Source of the DNA: Vicinamibacteria bacterium
GTDB taxonomy: Bacteria > Acidobacteriota > Vicinamibacteria > Marinacidobacterales > Marinacidobacteraceae
Reading direction: 5' to 3'
Assembly (NCBI GenBank): GCA_963668695.2
Contig: CAXXLQ010000004.1
Location: 1,856,001-1,920,000 of the forward strand
Length of the DNA stretch: 64,000 nucleotides
Shown here: one piece after another, positions 56,093-64,000 of the stretch
Layout of the letters: the number at the start of each line of letters is the position of its first letter
How positions within the stretch are numbered: the stretch's first letter is position 1
Notes under the pieces: model-generated
What the model was told of the DNA's origin: nothing
Database searches by the model: none
The model's input: the letters and a program-made list of their open reading frames with translations, nothing else
Translations under genes and position numbers: made by a program

Positions 56093-56461
56093 ATGGCCGA
56101 TTGCTGGATTGCCCTGACAACGCTCGCGACCCGCGACGAGGGCGAACGTCTCGCCGCGATCCTCGTCGAGGAGTGCCTCGCTGCCTGCGTCAACGTGATC
56201 GGTCCGATGATCTCCATCTACCAGTGGGAAGGCAAGGTCGAACGGGACACGGAGGTCCTCCTCCTCATCAAGACCACCGCGGCGGGCGTCGAGCCTCTCA
56301 AAGAGCGGGTTCTCGATCTCCATCCCTACGACACCCCCGAATTCCTCGCTTTCGAGGTGGGCGCCGGATCGTCCGGCTACCTCGACTGGGTGGTGGATTC
56401 GGTGGCGCCGGCAGGCCCCGATGGAACCCCCGATGGAACCCCCGATGGAACCCCCGTCTGA
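56093..56461 (+). CDS. cutA: Divalent-cation tolerance protein CutA
   Basis: LAACVN, SIYQWEG, LLIKT and HPYDTPE motifs. Confidence 0.92.
   Translation: MADCWIALTTLATRDEGERLAAILVEECLAACVNVIGPMISIYQWEGKVERDTEVLLLIKTTAAGVEPLKERVLDLHPYDTPEFLAFEVGAGSSGYLDWVVDSVAPAGPDGTPDGTPDGTPV
56416..56456 (+). repeat. In-frame 12-bp tandem repeat (CCCCGATGGAAC x~3.4; PDGT)
   Basis: Seen directly. Confidence 0.85.
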
Positions 56462-56558
56462 CTGCTCTCGCCGGATCTGATCGGCGAAACCCGTAGCCGG
56501 GCGGGCATCCGTCGTCGACGCCCGACAGCCGAGCCCGGTAGCGTCGGCCGGTTGCCGG

Positions 56559-56798
56559 ACCACCTCAAAGGACCCTCGCCTCTCCGCGGCGCTCACCACC
56601 TTCAAGGTGGGCGACGTGCCGGTGGACAACATCGCGAAGGGCGTTATGGACCTTGAGCGCATCTTCATCCGCACGGTGGAGAAGCCCGATCTCTCCGCGG
56701 CTCGTTCTTCGGTCCACTTCTGCAACATGCCGGGCGAGGTGGACGGCCTCCTCCGGGCTATCCGCGACATCGCGGCCCACCAGTCCGACTACCTGTAG
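56559..56798 (+). pseudogene. Orphan C-terminal fragment of a class V PLP aminotransferase-like gene
   Basis: TSKDPRLSAALTTF...RIFIR...ARSSVHFCNMPGEVDGLL resembles the R.S.H.YN...EVD end of that family; no N-terminus. Confidence 0.55.
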
Positions 56799-56801
56799 CC
56801 T

Positions 56802-57003
56802 GGGACCGCCGGCCTTCAGGCCGGCATCGCTCCCCGCAGGGGAGCGAGAAGCGTGTTTTGGCTACCCGTGTGAAGCGCGCGGCGTAAAGAAGGGCGTATC
56901 GCCGGTCTGCTCGAAGAGCGCAGCGGGCAGGGAACGCCGACCTCTGGGCAGTTCTCCCGGCGGGGCCCGGCATCGCTCCCCGCAGGGGAGCGAGAAGCGT
57001 GTT
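56802..57003 (+). repeat. Direct pair of two-hairpin REP-like units, one empty (56802-56857) and one filled with an 18-bp insert (56930-57003)
   Basis: Both share CCGGCATCGCTCCCCGCAGGGGAGCGAGAAGCGTGTT; the second has an extra GCAGTTCTCCCGGCGGGG. Confidence 0.85.
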
Positions 57004-57090
57004 CTGCGGACCCGCGTGACGGGCGGATGCCCCCAGGGACACAGTTGCGGCAAACCGCCGCCCGCCCCCACAGTGTTGGCACTGGAGGCG

Positions 57091-59979
57091 ATGGGAATGA
57101 AGCACAGGAACTGGTGCGCTCTTTTGTTGTTTTCCGCGGGTCTCGGTTGCGCGCTCTGGACGGCGCCTGGGTGCGCCCCGCCGGGCGACGGCCCGAGGAC
57201 CCGGCTGCTCATGGACGAGGGGTGGCGCTTCTTCCGCGGCCGGGCGGAAGGGTTCATTCCGTTACCCCGCGGCAACACCATCGAAACCTGGCGCTGGAAG
57301 ATGAGCGCGACCGGCGAGGAGGAAGCGGAAGCGATGGCGGCGCCCGGGCTCGACGTGTCCGGCTGGGAGGAGACGGCGGCGGGCAGGGACGTGTTCGATG
57401 GGCAGGCAGGACTGGCCTGGTTCCGTGCGGAACTCGGAGCTTTGCCGCCTGGTCCGACCGGGAGACCCCGGATCTACTTCCAGTCCGTGGATGACAACGC
57501 CACCGTCTTTCTCAACGGGACCAGGCTCGTGTACCACGAGGGAACTGACGTTCCGTTCGAGGTCTCTCTGGATTCGAGCGGCGCCTGGAACCTGGGCGGG
57601 CCGAACGCCCTGGCCGTGCTCGTGGAGAACACCGGCGGCCCCGGGGGAATCGCCGGTGCGTCCGTCTACAACCGGCCGGCACTCTGGCAAGACGATCCGG
57701 GAATGCGCTCCGTCGAGACGGCGGCGGTGGATTTCGACGACAGCGGCTGGGAGGAGATCCGGGTCCCCCACGACTTCGTGGTGGGGGGAGAGTTCGATCC
57801 CAAGGGAGCCGACAAGCCCGGTGGGAAGAGGCCCGGTTTCAACGAACTCTGGTACGACCGCGACCACGGCTACAAGCCCAAGGGCGTCGGCTGGTACCGC
57901 CGCACCTTCGAGCTTCCGGCCGCCGACCGGGGCAAACGGATCTGGCTGGAGTTCGACGGGGTCTACCGGAACAGCGACGTATGGATCAACGGTCAGTGGC
58001 TGGGGCACCACTGGAGTGGCTACACCGGCTTCCACTACGACATCACCGACGCTGCGAACTTCGGTGGAAGGAACGTGGTGACGGTGCGCGCCGACGCCGA
58101 CTGGGACGAGGGCTGGTGGTACGAGGGAGGGGGCATCTACCGCCACGTCTGGCTCACGAAACTCGATTCCCCGCACGTCGGTCATTGGGGAACGTTCGTG
58201 ACCACGCCCGAGGTCTCCGGGGAGGTGGCCGAGGTGAACGTTGAGACGACGGTCGTCAATGAAGGCGGGGAGCCGGCGGAGTGCACCCTGACGAGCGCCG
58301 TCATCGATCGGGAAGGGAACCGGGTCGCGGCCGCCGCCGCCACCGAGAGCATTCCGGCGGGTCAGGAATTCGCATTCAGCCAGAGCATCGAGATTTCGGC
58401 CCCGACCCTGTGGTCCCTGGAAGATCCTTATCTGTACACGGTGGAGACCATGGTCGAAACCGGCGGACGGGTTACCGACCGCTACGAGACGCCCTTCGGG
58501 GTGCGTTCCTTCCGCTTCGACGGGAGTGGGTTCTCGCTGAACGGGACGCGCGTGAAGATCAACGGGGCCAACCTCCATCACGATTTCGCCGGCGTGGGGG
58601 TGGCCCTTCCGGACCGGGTCAACACCTACCGGCTCGAAAAGCTCAAGGAGATGGGAGCGAACGCCATCCGCACCTCGCACAACCCACCCACGGCCGAGGT
58701 CCTGGACGCGGCGGACCGTCTCGGGATACTGGTTCTCGTCGAAAACCGCCACCTGGGCACCTCGCAAGACGTGCTCGGCACGGTCGAGAGCATGGTCCGG
58801 CGCGACCGCAACCATCCGAGCGTCATCGGGTGGAGCATGAACAACGAGGGGCTGCGGCAGGGTTACGAGGAGGCCGGCCGTCAGTTGCGCGCGATGCACA
58901 GCACGATCAAACGGCTGGACCCCGCCCGGCCCACGACCGGGAACGTGGGCCCGCTGACCGGCGCCACCTCTCCCGGCGAGATTTCCACGGTGCGGGATCT
59001 CATCACTCTGGCGGACGTGATCGACGTGAGGGGATTCGATCCCCGGAATTACGACGCGTATCACGCCGCAAATCCGGACCGGCCCATGCTGGCGCTCGAG
59101 ACCGGCTACGACCTTACGACGCGCGGCGTCTATGTGGACGACGAGGAGAAGGGCTACCACAGCTCGTATGACACCTCGGCCGCGGAGACCTGGCGCCGGA
59201 TCGCCGAAACCGACTATGTCGCGGGCGGCTTTGTCTGGAACGGAATCGACTACCGGGGTGAGCCGTTCCCCTTCGACTGGCCGGTCATCACCGCCCAGTA
59301 CGGCTTCATGGATACCTGCGCCTTCCCCAAGGACAACTACTACTACTACCAGTCGAGCTGGAGCGACGAGACCGTGCTCCATCTGTTCCCGCACTGGAAC
59401 GAGCCACCGCTCACCGAAGACGGGACGGTCGAGGTCCGGTCCTTTACCAACTGCGAGAGCGTGGAGCTGTTCCTGAACGGAGCAAGCCAGGGACGAAAGG
59501 ATCGGGAGCCGTACGCCGGCCTTTCCTGGCAGGTTCCGTGGGAGCCGGGAGTCCTGGAAGCCAAGTGCCACCGCGACGGTGAGGTCGTTGCGGAGACCAG
59601 GCGAGAGACGACCGGAGTGCCGTCCGGCATCGCTTTGGCGCCGGATCGGTCGAGCGTCCACGCGGACGGGGAGGCCGTTTCCCTGGTCAGGGTGTCCATC
59701 GTGGACGCGGCGGGACGAACGGTACCCACCGCCACGAACGAGGTGCAGTTCCGCCTGGAGGGGCCGGGAGAGATCATCGGGGTGGGGAACGGCGATCCCT
59801 CGAGCCGCGAAGCGGACCACGGAGAGCGGCGCCGCGCCTTTGGAGGCTTGGCACTCGTCATCGTCCAGGCCGGGAAGCAGCCGGGTGCGATCACGCTGAC
59901 CGCCGAGTCTCCGGGCCTCGCGACAGCCGTCGTGGAAATCACCGCCGAGCCGGCAGACATCCGGCCGCGAGTTCCCTGA
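57091..59979 (+). CDS. GH2 beta-galactosidase (GalA-like), probable lipoprotein
   Basis: GWYRRTF, LEFDGVY, WWYEGGGIYRHV, GANAIRTSHNPP, RDRNHPSVIGWSMNNE (acid/base) and WNGIDYRGEP motifs; RBS GGAGG at 57084. Confidence 0.9.
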   Translation: MGMKHRNWCALLLFSAGLGCALWTAPGCAPPGDGPRTRLLMDEGWRFFRGRAEGFIPLPRGNTIETWRWKMSATGEEEAEAMAAPGLDVSGWEETAAGRDVFDGQAGLAWFRAELGALPPGPTGRPRIYFQSVDDNATVFLNGTRLVYHEGTDVPFEVSLDSSGAWNLGGPNALAVLVENTGGPGGIAGASVYNRPALWQDDPGMRSVETAAVDFDDSGWEEIRVPHDFVVGGEFDPKGADKPGGKRPGFNELWYDRDHGYKPKGVGWYRRTFELPAADRGKRIWLEFDGVYRNSDVWINGQWLGHHWSGYTGFHYDITDAANFGGRNVVTVRADADWDEGWWYEGGGIYRHVWLTKLDSPHVGHWGTFVTTPEVSGEVAEVNVETTVVNEGGEPAECTLTSAVIDREGNRVAAAAATESIPAGQEFAFSQSIEISAPTLWSLEDPYLYTVETMVETGGRVTDRYETPFGVRSFRFDGSGFSLNGTRVKINGANLHHDFAGVGVALPDRVNTYRLEKLKEMGANAIRTSHNPPTAEVLDAADRLGILVLVENRHLGTSQDVLGTVESMVRRDRNHPSVIGWSMNNEGLRQGYEEAGRQLRAMHSTIKRLDPARPTTGNVGPLTGATSPGEISTVRDLITLADVIDVRGFDPRNYDAYHAANPDRPMLALETGYDLTTRGVYVDDEEKGYHSSYDTSAAETWRRIAETDYVAGGFVWNGIDYRGEPFPFDWPVITAQYGFMDTCAFPKDNYYYYQSSWSDETVLHLFPHWNEPPLTEDGTVEVRSFTNCESVELFLNGASQGRKDREPYAGLSWQVPWEPGVLEAKCHRDGEVVAETRRETTGVPSGIALAPDRSSVHADGEAVSLVRVSIVDAAGRTVPTATNEVQFRLEGPGEIIGVGNGDPSSREADHGERRRAFGGLALVIVQAGKQPGAITLTAESPGLATAVVEITAEPADIRPRVP

Positions 59980-60028
59980 CGTCCGCGGAGCACACCTCCG
60001 CGGACGCCGGCCAGCGGGAGAGCGCCCT

Positions 60029-60994
60029 CTACTCGGCCACCCGTACCGCCGCCAGTTGGGCTCTCAACTCCTCGTTCCCGGGTGCCTCGATAAACGTGTC
60101 GAACTCCAGGAAGTAGTTGCCCGGGTCGTAACCGACGAAAACCTGTACCCGGTCGCTCTCGCTGACGATTTCGGTGCGCGAGCGATAGCCCTCGGATGCC
60201 TCGAGATGTTGGTACCACGGCTCCACGTCATCCACGAAGAAGCTCACCGTGACCGCCTTGTCCTCGGTGAAGGAGTGCATGCCGCGGGTCGAATCCACGA
60301 GGCCGACGAAGCCGGCGTACGAAGTGCGGAGGACCTTCACCCATCCCTGATCCAGGGTCTCGGGAAACCCGAACGTCGTCTGCCAGAAGTCGAGCATCTC
60401 CGGGATGTTGGGGTAGTAGAGCCAGACGATCATGGCCTCGAACCCCATCCCGGGCCCCGCCGCCGCATCATCCCCGCCGAGCGGCTCGGTGGTGTCCAGG
60501 ATCGGCATGAGATCGACGTTCTCCGCGTGGGGCAGGAACCGTTCGAACTCCAGGATGTAGCCCCCGGGGTCGAAGACCGTGAAGCCGTGGTGGGGGGCTT
60601 CCGGATCGGCGGCGTCGGGATCGAAGCGACTCCGGAAGTTCGCGCCCGCCGCGTCGAGGCGCTCCTGCCAGGCGGCGAGGTGATCGGTGATCAGCGCGAA
60701 GGCGACCGTCTTCGGTTCGTCGGCGCTGTGCATCCCCTCGGCCTCGTCCACCAGGGTCAGATACGCCGACTCGGCGACCTGGAACATCTTGGCGAAACCG
60801 AAGTCGGCGGCGAGCGGCAGCCCGAGCGTGTCGGCGTAGAAGGTCTCCGCCTCGGCCAGATCGCTGTAGTACAGGAAGGCGTTCTGCGCCAGGATGGGTG
60901 GCAGGTCGCCGGCCGGTTCCGCCGCCATTTCCGGGGTCTCGGGAGGCGGCGAGCAGGCGGCGGCAAGCAACAGGGCGAGAACGGTGCGGCGCAT
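60029..60994 (-). CDS. Two-domain VOC/glyoxalase-family lipoprotein
   Basis: Lipobox AAAC; two repeats of FLYY..L....FY...LGL ... GMHS...K ... DPG.Y.LEF. Confidence 0.8.
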   Translation of the reverse strand: MRRTVLALLLAAACSPPPETPEMAAEPAGDLPPILAQNAFLYYSDLAEAETFYADTLGLPLAADFGFAKMFQVAESAYLTLVDEAEGMHSADEPKTVAFALITDHLAAWQERLDAAGANFRSRFDPDAADPEAPHHGFTVFDPGGYILEFERFLPHAENVDLMPILDTTEPLGGDDAAAGPGMGFEAMIVWLYYPNIPEMLDFWQTTFGFPETLDQGWVKVLRTSYAGFVGLVDSTRGMHSFTEDKAVTVSFFVDDVEPWYQHLEASEGYRSRTEIVSESDRVQVFVGYDPGNYFLEFDTFIEAPGNEELRAQLAAVRVAE

Positions 60995-61050
60995 GGACCG
61001 GAAGGTACCACCGCCGGAGAGCGGCGTCGGGAGCGCCGCGCCTCGAAGGT

Positions 61051-62724
61051 TCAGGACCCCTTCTCGTAGAGGACGCGGCCCCCCACGATCGTCATCTCCA
61101 CTTCGACGCCCAGCAGCGCTGCCGGCGCGACCGTGCGGGGATCGTCCGAAAGGACCACCACGTCGGCGAGCATCCCGGGCGCAAGTGTCCCCTTGATTCC
61201 CTCCTCGCGGGTCACGAAGGCTCCGTTCCTCGTGTAGCCGACGAGCGCCTCCTCCATGGAGATGGCTTCCTCCGCCCCGTAGACCTCTCCGGACATCCCT
61301 TTCCGGGTGGTCGCGGCGTAGAGCCCCACGAACGGCCCGATGGGCAGGATGTCGCTCGAGAGGACGACGAATACCCCGCGGTCCATCGCCGAGCGGACCG
61401 GGTTGTTCCGCTCCACCCGGTAGCCGTCCAGGTATTCGCGGTAGCGGCCCTCGAGCGTGTAGGTGAAGTTCGGCTGCTGGATGACGAGGATCCCGAGTTC
61501 AGCCATCCGGTCCATGGTCTCGTCGGACGGTGGCACCGTGAAATGGTTCAGGGCGTGGCGGTGGTCCGGCCGGGGCTCCTCGGCCAGCGCTTCGGCGAAG
61601 GCGTCCACCGTGAGTTCGATCGCTGCGTCCCCGATGGCGTGGAAGGCGAACTGCCAGCCCATCCGGTGCGCCTCGCCGACGATGGCCCGGAACTCCTCCT
61701 CGGGACGGACCAGACTCCCGCGATAGGACTCTTCCCCCCGGTAGGGGGCTTTGGTGTAGGCCGCCGGCCCCGTGAACCCGCCGTCCACGAAAACCTTGAG
61801 CGGTCCCACCCGGAGGCGTTCGTCGCCCTCGCCGCTCAGGCGTCCGAACGCCTCCATGGCGTCCGTCCCCGCCCAGCGGATCTGCACCGCGGCGCGGGGC
61901 AGTTCCTCCCCGAACTCGGCATACACGGACTCCCATTCACCGAATCCATCCGGCGAAACGCCCGCGTGGACGATGCTCGTGATCCCGAGCCGCAGGAGAT
62001 CCCGGAGGGCGATGACGAAACTCTCCCGCAGTTCTTCGCGCGTAGCGTCGGGGACCAGGCGCGAGACGAGATCCTGCCGTTCCCGGATGACCCCGTTCAG
62101 TTGCCCGTCCGGGCCGCGCTCGATCACCCCGCCGTCCGGTTGCGGCGTGTTCCGGTCCACCCCGGCGAGCGAGAGCGCGAGGCTCGAGGCCACCGCGCTG
62201 TGGCCGCCAGCCCGGGTGAGAATCACCGGGTTCTCGGGAGCGGCCGCGTCGAGATCGGCGCGGAGCGGTCGCCGCTCTTCCCGGACCTCGTCTTCGGACC
62301 ACCCATAGCCGGTGATCCATTCCCCCGGGCCGAGTTCTTCCGCCTTCGCGGTCACCAGATCCTGGAGCTCCTCGATGGACGCGATGCCGGCCAGGGGGAT
62401 GTGACGCCGCGCCCGGCCGCGGATGTGGATGTGGGCGTCGTTGAAGCCGGGCATCGCCGTCCGTCCGGCGAGGTCCACCTCCCGCTCCGCGGCGTAGCGA
62501 TCCCGCAACTCGTCGCCGCCTACCGCAACCACCTTGCCCTCCCGAATCACGAGCGCGGTCCCGGTGGTTCCGGCTTCATCGAGCGCCAGGACGACGCCGG
62601 AGTGCAGCAGCAGGTCTACCGGTTCCGGGGTGCTGCAGGCGGCGGCCAGAGCGAATCCGGCGGCGACGCAGGCTAGACCGGAACGCCAGAGGGCGGCCCG
62701 GCCGGCCGGCGCGACCCGACTCAT
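61051..62724 (-). CDS. YtcJ-like amidohydrolase (Amidohydro_3), lipoprotein
   Basis: PGFNDAHIH, KVFVDGG, HAIGDAA, SSD and GTLAPGMLAD motifs; start at ATG 62724 (ATGA overlap). Confidence 0.9.
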   Translation of the reverse strand: MSRVAPAGRAALWRSGLACVAAGFALAAACSTPEPVDLLLHSGVVLALDEAGTTGTALVIREGKVVAVGGDELRDRYAAEREVDLAGRTAMPGFNDAHIHIRGRARRHIPLAGIASIEELQDLVTAKAEELGPGEWITGYGWSEDEVREERRPLRADLDAAAPENPVILTRAGGHSAVASSLALSLAGVDRNTPQPDGGVIERGPDGQLNGVIRERQDLVSRLVPDATREELRESFVIALRDLLRLGITSIVHAGVSPDGFGEWESVYAEFGEELPRAAVQIRWAGTDAMEAFGRLSGEGDERLRVGPLKVFVDGGFTGPAAYTKAPYRGEESYRGSLVRPEEEFRAIVGEAHRMGWQFAFHAIGDAAIELTVDAFAEALAEEPRPDHRHALNHFTVPPSDETMDRMAELGILVIQQPNFTYTLEGRYREYLDGYRVERNNPVRSAMDRGVFVVLSSDILPIGPFVGLYAATTRKGMSGEVYGAEEAISMEEALVGYTRNGAFVTREEGIKGTLAPGMLADVVVLSDDPRTVAPAALLGVEVEMTIVGGRVLYEKGS

Positions 62725-63338
62725 CGCTGTATTTCGACCTCGGCGGCCTCGCCGAGCCCGAGGTAGATCCGGACCCGGACGAGTTCGCCGCCCCGCACCC
62801 GCAAAAACGCGGCTCCCGGGATGTGCCAGCGGGTTTCGTCGTCGCGGCGCGTGCCCGCGATCGTGAACTGCACGGCGATAAGCGGCCCTCCCCAGGGCCC
62901 TTCTGCTTCCGTCCACACCGTCTCGGATACCTCGCCGGCGGTCGCCACCTCGGGAAAGACGGAGTGGTCCTTCCATTCGCCGAAAAGCCGGTCCAGGAGG
63001 AGCCCGACCTTCTCCCGCCCCCAGTAGGTCGCGGTTCCGCGCTGGTAGTCGCCCGTAGGCCCCTGGATGTGGAGCGCGTCCTCGGCGTAGAGGGCGAGGA
63101 ACGCCGCCCGGCTCTCGTCGCTCCCGTCGAGATCGTCGAGCAGCCGGAACCACCTTTCCGCGATGTGCCGTCCTGTGACTTCCGCTTCGGCTTCCTGCGC
63201 GACTCCGGAACCGCTGGGGGCCGCCCACGCTGACCCGATGACGGCGAGCCCGATCGCCAGTACGAGGAACACGCGACGCCCGGGACTCACGGGTTCGGAG
63301 CATATCCCCGGAAGGATCATCCGCGTGCGAAAGCTCAC
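62721..63338 (-). CDS. Exported NTF2/SnoaL-like protein
   Basis: FLALYAEDA..., G.....FLRVRGGELVRVRIY; signal-like segment; start uncertain. Confidence 0.7.
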   Translation of the reverse strand: MSFRTRMILPGICSEPVSPGRRVFLVLAIGLAVIGSAWAAPSGSGVAQEAEAEVTGRHIAERWFRLLDDLDGSDESRAAFLALYAEDALHIQGPTGDYQRGTATYWGREKVGLLLDRLFGEWKDHSVFPEVATAGEVSETVWTEAEGPWGGPLIAVQFTIAGTRRDDETRWHIPGAAFLRVRGGELVRVRIYLGLGEAAEVEIQR

Positions 63339-63365
63339 AGCACTAGCGGCGATGGTCTCACGTCC

Positions 63366-64000
63366 CTACCGCGCTGCCGCACAACGGGCGATGAAGTGTT
63401 CCTGCTCGTCGCTGAGCGGCGCGTTTTCGGCGCAGCGCGCGAGGGCCACGGCAGCTTCGTCGAAACGGTCGAGGGCGGTGAGCGCCTCGGCGCGGTACCA
63501 GTGCGCCCGCGCCTCATGGGCCCGATGCGGACGTCCGACGCCGAGATTCTCGGGATAGGTGAGCGCCCGGTCGAGGTGGGTGAGAGCCGTTGCCGCATCA
63601 CCCTCAGCCAGCGCCCTGCGGCCCAGTTCCACCTCGGCCCGCGAGAAGAGGCTCCATACCGTCGCGTCCCCCTCCCGGAAGTTGATTCGGGTGGCCTGCA
63701 GCATCGCGATGGTCTCATCGAAACGACCGGTGGCGTTGAGCGCCCGGGCCAGTTCGATCGTCACGTCGTGGCGCCGGCGAGCGTCGGCCGGAACCATCCC
63801 GAGCGCGTCCACGGCGTCTGCGGGCCGCCCCTCCGCGAGCAGCAACCGGGCAAGGTCGCGGTAGAGGGTCTGGTCGGCGGGCCGGGCCGCGATCGCCTGG
63901 CGCAGGCGGCTTTCAGCCTCCGCCGACCGGCCGGCGATCTTCCAGTGGACCATCGCGAGGGCCCGATGGGCGGTCGAGAGCTGGGGATCCAGTGCAGTCG
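63366..64000 (-). CDS. TPR-containing protein, C-terminal part (truncated by window edge)
   Basis: TPR-like helices and ALTYPENLGVG; frame continues to the window end. Confidence 0.75.
   Translation of the reverse strand, partial: TALDPQLSTAHRALAMVHWKIAGRSAEAESRLRQAIAARPADQTLYRDLARLLLAEGRPADAVDALGMVPADARRRHDVTIELARALNATGRFDETIAMLQATRINFREGDATVWSLFSRAEVELGRRALAEGDAATALTHLDRALTYPENLGVGRPHRAHEARAHWYRAEALTALDRFDEAAVALARCAENAPLSDEQEHFIARCAAAR

Noticed and set aside
56653-57090. Long N-terminal extensions in the ORF track (also 8218, 14521, 21878, 36908, 45949, 53058, 55284, 63303)
   Set aside because: They run through repeats, intergenic DNA or neighbouring genes; downstream starts with an RBS or signal peptide fit better.
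1-64000. tRNA, rRNA, prophage or integrase-bounded island
   Set aside because: No cloverleaf, rRNA-like tract, phage structural gene or integrase recognised by eye; a tRNAscan/Rfam run would be needed to exclude small RNAs.

Overview
GC-rich bacterial chromosomal window, densely coding, with no rRNA, tRNA or CRISPR array that I could see. Gene content (GWxTD protein, CRTAC1/ASPIC-UnbV + TPR pair, Oar-like TonB receptor, VPS10/BNR hydrolase, many exported amidohydrolases, a CARDB-repeat lipoprotein) suggests an Acidobacteriota-like, possibly host-associated organism; this is inference only. Accessory content: an ABC-ATPase/DUF4276 pair inside a glutamine-synthetase-like/P450/ADC/ring-cleavage dioxygenase cluster, VapBC + PP2C, a DUF6088/AbiEii pair, an IS1182-like stub and several gene fragments. 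The most unusual signal is a nested repeat hierarchy. Five MITE-like elements sit at gene 3' ends, a two-hairpin REP-like family is dispersed, and a short motif (GCCCCCACCGGGAGAACTGG; net +18 bp, one site +19) occurs 14 times. It is inserted in both orientations into those repeats, and filled and empty versions of the same sites are both visible. Functional calls come from motif recognition by eye, not database searches.
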